Shown piece by piece: positions 55,718-64,000 of a stretch of 64,000 nt of DNA. The stretch lies in the NCBI GenBank assembly GCA_010093705.1, contig MU006090.1:957817-1021816 (forward strand), read 5' to 3'. The position numbers were made by a program, and so were the translations under genes. Position 1 is the stretch's first letter. Each line of letters starts with the position of its first letter. The DNA comes from Patellaria atrata CBS 101060 (lineage: Eukaryota). The notes beneath the pieces were generated by a model. The model made no database searches. It saw nothing but the letters and a program-made list of their open reading frames with translations, and was not told the origin of the DNA.

Positions 55718-56504
55718 TAGCAAGGAGAGTTGAAAAAGAGGAGGAAAAACACGGACTTTCAGTCGGGTGCTTACATTCAACGGTATTTGTACTGCGGAGG
55801 CGGAGTGGTAGATCATTTGCAATGTTCACATCGGAGCTATGCAGTAGAAATGCTTCATGCATCACACCGTTCACACGTTCGGCTTCCTACGGTTGAAGCT
55901 GGGGCTAAAGCCGTTCGAGGACTCTTCCTTCATGCACGACAAGGTGGGGCAAACACCGAAGGGAAATTCTAGCGTCGGATAGCAAAACATTGATGGAATG
56001 AGTTGGATTTGATAATATTGAGTCGACAAGCGACATAGTAGATACCTAGACGCACAAAATAATGAGAGAAAAAAAAAATGAATCAATTGATAAACCTTTC
56101 CTGGCGATCGACGAACATGATGCGACGACCGACCCAAACCATAGACCATAAACCTAGAATCCGAGCCACGAGTCTATCCCGCCTTAAGGGACGGGAGACA
56201 TCAGAACCGGCCGGTCCAAACAATCAACAAAATGTAGTGTAGGATGAAGAAAAAAAAAAAAAAAAAAATTAAAAATGAAAACGGGCACAGCGCGTATTTG
56301 CTGAAATCCCAGAACGATCAAGTAACGCTCAAACGCTGGAGGGAAATCGTCGACGGCCGCGCCACGTTAAGAATTTTCTCAACCGTGCCAGCAAATCAAG
56401 TATGAATGAGAAGAATCTTGATGCGAGGAGCTACCCTCACCAGAAGGTTTGGCCTCAAGGTGGCCATAGCGAACGAGTGACCTTGGACACGGAGAATCCA
56501 CAGT

Positions 56505-57308
56505 TCAAGACTGCGCCTGAGAGTTGAGGAATGCATTCTTCCACTTCTCTGCTTCTGCTATCGCATCATCTCTCTCTTGCTCAATTTCGGTAATCTTTTT
56601 TTCCAAGCTCTGGACATGGTCAAACTTTCGTTGCCGAGAATCACGTGCAGCAAGAGTGTTGCGAGCACGTTTCAAGGCGACCTTATCAGAGGGGTCGGCA
56701 ATGACAATTGGGGGAAGGGTACCTTTCCGGCGACGAGGTTTGGAGATAGCGCCAGATTGCACGGCGCGAGGGGAGCCGCCGGCTGAAGACTTGCGCCGGT
56801 TAGAAGAGTCGAGGATCAAAGGGGAATTGCCAGCAGAGCTATTTTGGGTGAAGGAAGTGTTGCTATCAGTTCGCTGCATTGAATCTGCGTTCTTGTCGTT
56901 GGTTGATTCGGGGAACAGCGAGAACCAGGTATCATCATGGCCCATGTCATTATCTTGGAATAGAGGGGACGTCTCATAACTATCAGCAATGTAGGGAGAC
57001 TCGTTGATATCAGGCGACGTCAGATTAGTGAAAGCAGTGGACGGCGGAGCTGACGCCAACGGGTCATTGAAGAGGTCCTTGGGAGAAACGGTCCTAGTGG
57101 AAGTCGAACCTGCGCTATTGATGGGAGTGAAGGTTGTTGACGCATTGTAATCACCCCAGTTGAGGTGTGTATTCTCGAGTTCTGCGCCAGCAAAGGGGAT
57201 CCCCCCTAAGGAATCCATGCCGTCAAAGTTCATATCTGTTGAGGGGGTAAGAATATGGTTATACGATGATGACGACATTTGATCTGTACCTGAAGCCAAA
57301 TGCGACAT
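56505..57308 (-). CDS. cpcA: Cross-pathway control bZIP transcription factor (CpcA/CPC-1/Gcn4)
   Basis: ATG 57308 (MSHLAS), 54-nt intron 57236-57289, TVSPKDL, SAPPSTAFTNLTSP, WFSLFP, LPPIVI.DPSDKVALKRARNTLAARDSRQRK plus leucine zipper. Confidence 0.95.
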   Translation of the reverse strand: MSHLASGTDQMSSSSYNHILTPSTDMNFDGMDSLGGIPFAGAELENTHLNWGDYNASTTFTPINSAGSTSTRTVSPKDLFNDPLASAPPSTAFTNLTSPDINESPYIADSYETSPLFQDNDMGHDDTWFSLFPESTNDKNADSMQRTDSNTSFTQNSSAGNSPLILDSSNRRKSSAGGSPRAVQSGAISKPRRRKGTLPPIVIADPSDKVALKRARNTLAARDSRQRKFDHVQSLEKKITEIEQERDDAIAEAEKWKNAFLNSQAQS

Positions 57309-57459
57309 AGACTGAGAGGTATGCTGATGTTGATTGATATCTCCCGTACTTTGAGAATACAGGGGAACTGGTGGACGAATTGCTGATGTAGAAGATGGAC
57401 TTTGGTTGATGAAGCCTATGGACGAGTTGGGAGCCGAGTGGGCGTAGTACAATTGAGAA

Positions 57460-57612
57460 TTAAACGCAGGACCAGACGGAAGGGTCGGTCGCTGAGATCT
57501 GCGAGAAACCTCTGGGGGTTGGTCGTACAGCACAAAGTCTTGCTGAGGGAGGAAAGTCGTCCGTGTTCGCGATGGTTGCCTTGAGGCGGTTGATGCTGGT
57601 GAGGGAAGCCAT
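57460..57612 (-). promoter_or_regulatory. cpc-1 uORF2 (inhibitory type, 50 codons, MASLTSIN..WSCV*)
   Basis: ACAATGGCTTCCCTC at 57612; TAA 57462-57460; out of frame with the main ORF. Inhibitory role is inferred from cpc-1/GCN4. Confidence 0.85.
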
Positions 57613-57837
57613 TGTTGTTGTTGAGAAGCCGTGGTGGACGAGTTGAACTCGTACGGATTTATAGTTGCTGAGGGAGAACCGAAGCTGCGCGAGGCTATGC
57701 TTGAGTTCAGAGAATCCTTAACGGAAGACTCTGAAGTGCGGGGTGGTGATTGAGTGGGGTGTTGTATAACTAGTTTCTTGTCTGGATCTATTTTGACTGA
57801 TTGAAGTCAAAGGCGGGGAAAGGGGAAGTGAAGAAGC

Positions 57838-57852
57838 TTAGAAGACAGCCAT
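57838..57852 (-). promoter_or_regulatory. cpc-1 uORF1 (reinitiation-permissive type, M-A-V-F-stop)
   Basis: GACATGGCTGTCTTCTAA, upstream of uORF2, as in GCN4/cpc-1 leaders. Confidence 0.85.
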
Positions 57853-58212
57853 GTCTGATGGTTGTCTATGTGGTTGCTATAAAGTTCGTGGTGAAAGATG
57901 GAAAGTAAAAGGAAAAGAGGCCAGGCAACGAGGTGGAAATTTGTGGCCTTAAGTGCGATTTGCGGTTGCTGACATGAACCGGGGCTGAAGTTGCCAAGAG
58001 ATTGCGAAAAAGCTGCTAAACTCGTTAGAGGCGAGTACCTTCGGCGGTAACTGTGAAGCGGGTCATACTATCTTTTCAGCTACACCGAATTCTGTTGAAA
58101 ATTGCAGTCAATTGTGCAGTTATCGGACTGTGGTGTAACTAATCAACTTAATTTACAACCATTCACGCAGTTTCTTTTATTTGAGCTTGACCCCATTTGG
58201 ACGGTGAGAGTG

Positions 58213-58219
58213 TGACTCA
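58213..58219. promoter_or_regulatory. Gcn4/CpcA response element TGACTCA (proximal)
   Basis: GTGACTCAT about 360 bp upstream of uORF1. Confidence 0.65.
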
Positions 58220-59093
58220 TAGTTGTAGATATACGAGTTCTCATCGCGTTCACTCTTTGATTGGACTATATCCCCTCAAGGCCGCGTTTGTAGCCTGAAA
58301 TCCGCCTCCTCACTCCTCCCCTCGATTCCCTTCCTGCACTTCCATTGGGGCTGAGCAGGCTGAGTTTGTGACGGTGTTTCAGATTCTGCTTCTACAAACA
58401 CCACGTTTGGTTTGTTTTGAAAAGGGTCAAGCACAGTAGATACCATACCTTAGATCACCGTGCAGTATAGCAGATAGGAATATCGTGCAAACGCTCCTTG
58501 CGATCACTCTTCATACCTTCTCCAGCAAGAATATATCCAAAGTACTCGTTACGGAATACGGTGTTTGCTCCGCCTCCGCTACGGTATAAAGGTGGGCAAA
58601 CCGTGTACTAAATTGGAAATGATAGCGAGTATACTTGAGTTTCGGAGTACCCAATCCTGTACTGTACATATATACAAGTAAGTAAAGCACCCGCCAATCC
58701 AATAGTTTCCTTCGGCGCGCCCTGCCAAAGACCCGGTATTCTGGAGATGCGGGAACTGCATCCTTAAGGCACCAAGCCGGGAATTCTCGCATCTCACCGC
58801 GAAATAGTTGCTAAATCCTCACACTCGCTCACGAACCGCTCTCAAACTCTACGGTGAGCCGCTCTGTGCACCTATATCGTCATGACGAAGTTCCTCTCTG
58901 AAGATCATCATTAAGAGATTAAAGGTACTTCCTTGCTCAAGCGGACTTACGGTATGAGAGGGTTTTTGGCTTCACGGAGTTAACAGACCGATACAAAACA
59001 TATCCTTAAAGAAGATAGAGGAGCTTATCCTCTTATGAACTGAATTCGGTCCTCGAGGTCAGCGTTCAAAGCTAACTCCCTCTGATATGGATA

Positions 59094-59100
59094 TGACTCA
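59094..59100. promoter_or_regulatory. Second TGACTCA element in the cpc-1 / prefoldin divergent intergenic region
   Basis: ATGACTCAC at 59093-59101. Confidence 0.5.
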
Positions 59101-59533
59101 CATTGGAATATCCTGTACCCCACCCTAGCCCTTTGATTATTGCTAAGCCTACAAAGTCAGCCGGGTGACACTGCAGGGTCGCGCAACTACTCCTTTGATG
59201 AAACGTAAGGTATCTTTATGTCTTGCTGATTAATAAGAAAAATTATCAACCTTCTACGTTTTGAAAATCAAACCATTCAAACGCACGTGATGATAGTTAG
59301 ATTTGTAAGATCTGGAGGATCCCGATACGATGGTACTGGATTCGGAACCTTTCGCGGGGTTCCTGTTACCCCTGAACTGGCGATGATCTTCACAGCGCCA
59401 AGACATTGAGCATAGCAGCTTCGCAAAAGTTCACACGGATTCACACCTCAGTGACACACTTCTACGCAATTGTCGGCGCCACCATAGAATCATACAACTT
59501 CCCCACCTCTCCCGCCCCGTCACACCCGAAAAC

Positions 59534-60051
59534 ATGGCATCCCCCCAGATCGACCTGACCACCCTCTCGGCCCCCCAACTCACCCAATTGAAGAAACAAC
59601 TCGACGACGAGCTCCAACACCTCACCACCTCCTTCCAATCCTTACGCACAGCGCAATCCAAATTCAAAGACTGCCTGAAATCGATCGCCGAGGGGATCAC
59701 GGCGAAATCCAACTGTAAAACCCCCTCCCCCAAAAGAAATCCCCCAAAAACCCCCCACTAACCCTACCAGCAAAACCCCTCCTGGTCCCCCTAACCCCCT
59801 CCCTCTACGTTCCCGGCCGCCTCTCTCCCACAACTCCATCCTCGCGCCCTCTCCTCGTCGACGTCGGCACCGGCTTCTACGTCTCCAAGACGGCGGACGA
59901 GGCGACCCTGTTCTACGAGTCCAAGATCGCGGATTTGAGCGGTAGTTTGAAAGAGCTAGAGAAGATTCTGAATGTGAAGAGTGCGAATTTGAGGGTTGTG
60001 GAGGAAGTGCTTAGGGGGAAGATTGTTGGGAGGGGGGAGAGGGAGGGGTAA
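59534..60051 (+). CDS. GIM5: Prefoldin subunit 5 (alpha-type)
   Basis: IDLTTLSAPQL..LKKQLDDELQHLTTSFQSL, intron ~59714-59770, LLVPLTPSLYVPG, LVDVGTGFYV; TAA 60049-60051. Confidence 0.92.
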
Positions 60052-60525
60052 GGGGCGGGAAGGAGTGGGGGAGAAAAGGGGATTGTTGGAAGGAGGGGGT
60101 GGGATTGAGATAGGCGACGGGGAGTGGGACGTTGGGTAGCTAGGTTAGTCGGTTGGTTCGCTCCATCGTTGGACTGGAAATCGAAGAGTCGTTGCGATGG
60201 AAGCTTTGGAGACCAGAAGGGTGGCTGACATATCCGAGTCTGTCATGGACCTGGGCGAGATGAGCCCTTGGTATGTAGAGTACGTTACCTAAATATCAGA
60301 GCTCGAACATCACGCAGTAGGGATCGTCATATTATGGCATACTCCTATTGTGCTAGACGGATTGGGGCTAATTTACAGCTGAAGTCATGCCGCTTGTTCA
60401 TCCTTTCCAACATCTCGCGTGATATGTGATCCGCTGGACCTTCCAAGAAAGCATCATGTTACCGTAGAGTAGAAACCTGATTTTTCGTTCTACAGTATGA
60501 TTAAGAACGGTCCCAATATACTAGC

Positions 60526-60625
60526 NNNNNNNNNNNNNNNNNNNNNNNNNNNNNNNNNNNNNNNNNNNNNNNNNNNNNNNNNNNNNNNNNNNNNNNNNNN
60601 NNNNNNNNNNNNNNNNNNNNNNNNN
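60526..60625. other. Assembly gap (100 N)
   Basis: Run of Ns; adjacency across the gap is not guaranteed. Confidence 1.
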
Positions 60626-60680
60626 AAAGTAGGCTTATTGTGAATCGATGAGTAGTTCCATTGGTGCCGAGAGGATAATC

Positions 60681-62840
60681 TCACTCATCTTCGTCATCAC
60701 TGAAAACCATGAGGTCCTCTTCCTCTTCTTCCGTTTCCGCTTTGCGGGGTTTTTTGTTCGCCGTAGCTACGATTCCTTCGATCTTATCGAGAACTGATCG
60801 GAACTTCTCAAGGCCTTTGTCCGCAGGTGTTCCACCATCTATGTCTTTCTTCTCGACCGTAAAAAATTTCTCCGATATAGCACTATGGCTGGTGTCATAT
60901 GGCAGCCGCTCGCCGATGCCCATGAGTCCTGATGCCGCGAAAGTGCAAGCCCAGTTCTTGTGATAAATTCGTATTCCCCAGCGCGGTTCAACCTCCTTTC
61001 GTGGAGGATTCCTGGGATCAACTGCGCGGTCAAAGAAGCAGTTCGTGAAGCATTGCAGTTCAACGACGTACCCCGTGCCGGTAACCTGAAACTTGTACGA
61101 ACGTGTTTGGGAGACAGAAAGGATGGGGGGTGTTTCAACGAACTCCTCCGGGATAGAGCGAACAGGGTCGGGATCGCCCCGTTCCAGGGCAGCCATGTCG
61201 AGAGTCATAGACTTTACGAAGCTGGTATACGCCGGTGGCAAGGTGCTCTCGTCAACCGTACGGGCATTCATGAGTTTGAAATTCCATGAAAAGTGGTCCT
61301 CGCGGATGTCCAGCATTACGACATCCATTTGGGTGGTCAATTCATTCTCTTGATCAAGTCTGGACCAACGTTTGGACACATTGGACGCCATACCATCCGT
61401 AGTGTCGTACTCGATGTCATAGCGAAGATTCCCTAAACCGACTTCTCCCTTCGGACATAACATTGTAAATGACGCGCCATACGTAGGCTTGAGGTCGGCT
61501 AAGTTTTGGACCCTGGGCTCTTCAGCGACAAGAACGTTAGACGGAACTGCCATAAGGGTATCTAGAAGTATTCTCTCGATCGTCTTGTCGCCGAGCTCTT
61601 TGGTCACTTCAGATTCCCAATCGTTCCGATTCAAAAATTTATGAAATTCGTCCAGAGAGTACGAATCGTCATGGTCTTTAAAATTTTCCCATTTTTGGAT
61701 TGTAAACCGACCGAGACTCGCCATCATGGTGATGTTCATACCTCGAAGATAGTTTACTCTGCGCAAAGCCTCTATTACTGCGCCTTCGAAGCGCTTTTGG
61801 TTTCCGTCTCCTTCAACGCCCAGCTCTTTGGCGCCGGCCTGAAGTTTCTGATCTCCAGACGAAATGCTCTTAGCAATGAAAACTCGTTTTGGTTTCTCCA
61901 GATCGAATCCTTGAGAGGAGCGTGCAGTTGTAATTTGAAAATAAGGGGTAGAGTACGCCATCATGGCGACCTTTTCGGTGGGAAACGGCTTCACTAGGAA
62001 TATGGGGGCTTCCAAAATGTAGCTATTTGCTTTGATGGTATAATAAGTGTTTTGCACCCTTATTTTCGCCTCTTCGAGATTCTTCTGAATTTCCCCCATG
62101 AGTTTGAACGAATTGATCTCAGAGTCCCAGAAAATCCAACAGCCGAGTTGTCTACGGATCGGATCAAAAGCCGGGAAGCTAGAACCTCCCAATTGCTTCT
62201 GAAGTTCACGGAAGCGTTCAGGGTCATTCTCGTCCCAAGCCGCTTCGAGCTTTCGAAATGGTTAATGAATGAAATAGAATATCTTATAGGATGACTTACT
62301 TTATGAAGACTGGTATCATTCTTCGGTGGCTCTTCCAGGAACTTACTCTGAACCATTGCTTGCTGTTCAGTCCTCCTAGTCCTGTTCACTCGTTTTTGAT
62401 TATACGCTTGAAGTTTAGGAAATGCACCATGCTTTTGACTGTCCGGGTTGGTTTCCTTAGTCCATTCTCTAATGAACTGGATAGCAGCACGTATTTTGTC
62501 ACTGTTGCCTTCTATCCGAACAACAGTTCTGAAGTCGGTAGCCCTTGGCACAACTCCGATTCGTGTACCTGTCCGGACCGAAATATCGTGAAGGGGTGGA
62601 CAGAAGGTGTCGAGGCTTTGGTAACCTTTGAAATCACGCCTCAAGGGAAAGAAACCTCCAGGAAGTGTATATTCTGCTAGGTCAGTATAAGGAAATGGAA
62701 AGCCGGGTGTTAATTATGGTAATCTCACCCTTCCGCTCATTACCCTGCTGTTCAGACGCTCTTAGTCCTCTATTTGCGCCCCCATTCTTCCCACCGTGTG
62801 GGTTTGCCCCCTTCTGCCATTTTTTTAGATTTCTATCCAT
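60681..62840 (-). CDS. Hypothetical protein (~680 aa); N-terminal part possibly KH-like
   Basis: ORFs 62060-62644 and 60681-62192 joined by an intron near 62250-62299, plus an upstream exon from ATG 62840 with intron ~62675-62728. Start is uncertain. Confidence 0.65.
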
Positions 62841-64000
62841 TCTGCTTCTTGGCGCTTGTTGTGAAGCTTGGGGGAAGGAGTCAACGAGATGGTGTTCTAG
62901 ACAGCCAGACTGATGGAGAACGTGTTCTTCAGGCGCTGCTCGGAAAAAAGAGAGACGCGTTGTTGACGGAACTGTGGTGTGGGCGGGGGAGAACCCCGAG
63001 TCACGAAAAGAGGTATACAGTTGAAAAGCGACAATTCAGGTTTGAAACACAGCACATGAAGTGTCGACAAAACTTGTCAGACAGCATGTGAAGGGCGAAA
63101 GCGTGCTCGTTCACTTTCCCACTACGGACATTCTGACTAGTGATGGGATAATGAGAAGAGTTAAATGGAATCAAAACGAAGAAAAGAAGATGTGTATTCA
63201 AAAAAAAAAACCCCCGACGGGTTGACTGAGAAGTACGAATTTGTGTCAACAGAACGTCGATGCTCCTGTACAGTCGCACCTTCCTCAAAGCCAAAGTTGG
63301 AACTTGAAATTCGCAAGTTCGCGAGATGTTCCGTCCTCATACAGACATGGGTTATGTTATGGGTAGGTAGAAAGTAAGGTAGACGGAAGTAAAATATCAC
63401 TAGGAGAGGCAATGTATAGACTTAGTTTTTCTCATATCTTGACTGTATTATATATGGCATTACTATACACAGTCTGATATTGAAGAGTCACCACAGGTAA
63501 TCCCATATCGTAAGGGAGTAAATAATTATATTCTTGTTCAAAGATATACAAAATATCAAGACTTCCACACAATTCATTTTAGGAAGAGTGCTTCTGTCAC
63601 TGAACTACACTTTCCCTTAGGGTAGGCCGAGGACAACTGGTTTCTTTCAACATCGTAGGAGATACAATCTAGCGAGCAGCGCTCAGATCGAATATATCGT
63701 CGCCAGATGCATAAAAGTACCTTTAGAGGCTTCCATTTTGCCATGGACCAGAAATGTCCTGCAGTGACGTCGGTTATCGACAAAAATTCCGAACCGTTGG
63801 CCAAGGCTGCGGGATCGCCCGCCCGCATACGGTATGGTATGAAGAAGGAGACGCGATCCACTACCTTACTCGCACAACTTCATTCTATACCTTAGTTACT
63901 AAAGATTGATCATTCGTCAGTCGTAAAGTTTTTCTGATTACGCTAGGGTAGACTACCTTAAGATTATGTTTCAACGACGGTTGGTGTTATTCGGGGGCGA

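Noticed and set aside
56250..56268. A19 run
   Set aside because: A simple homopolymer (U-tract in the cpc-1 3' flank); no retroposed sequence or TSD is evident.

Overview
Eukaryotic DNA from a filamentous ascomycete (Pezizomycotina): short GT-AG introns with CTRAC-type branch sites and one 100-N gap at 60526-60625. Two blocks of core genes flank a decayed middle region. The left block (1-27.4 kb) holds an aminotransferase 3' end, a type-I membrane protein, MRP10, a hypothetical protein, ABZ2, TOM70, OPY2, a PMU1-like phosphatase, NADP-IDH and an A-T-R-SDR NRPS-like glycine betaine reductase. The right block (47.3-62.8 kb) holds a HAD hydrolase, a DDHD phospholipase, CPD1, PUT2, cpc-1/GCN4, prefoldin 5 and a hypothetical protein. 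The ~18 kb between them holds an intact atypical kinase and a GH16-like gene among at least six disrupted genes, whose stops are mostly explained by G>A or C>T changes. Best signals: (1) a cryptic PTS1 (TAG-Ala-Arg-Leu-TGA) directly behind the NADP-IDH stop codon; (2) the full cpc-1 translational control architecture (uORF1, uORF2, a 166-codon stop-free AUG-less in-frame extension with near-cognate starts in strong context, upstream TGACTCA sites); (3) a carboxylesterase broken only by one UAG; (4) a 25-33 bp inverted-repeat element. All calls come from reading the sequence and recognising motifs; no database searches were run.
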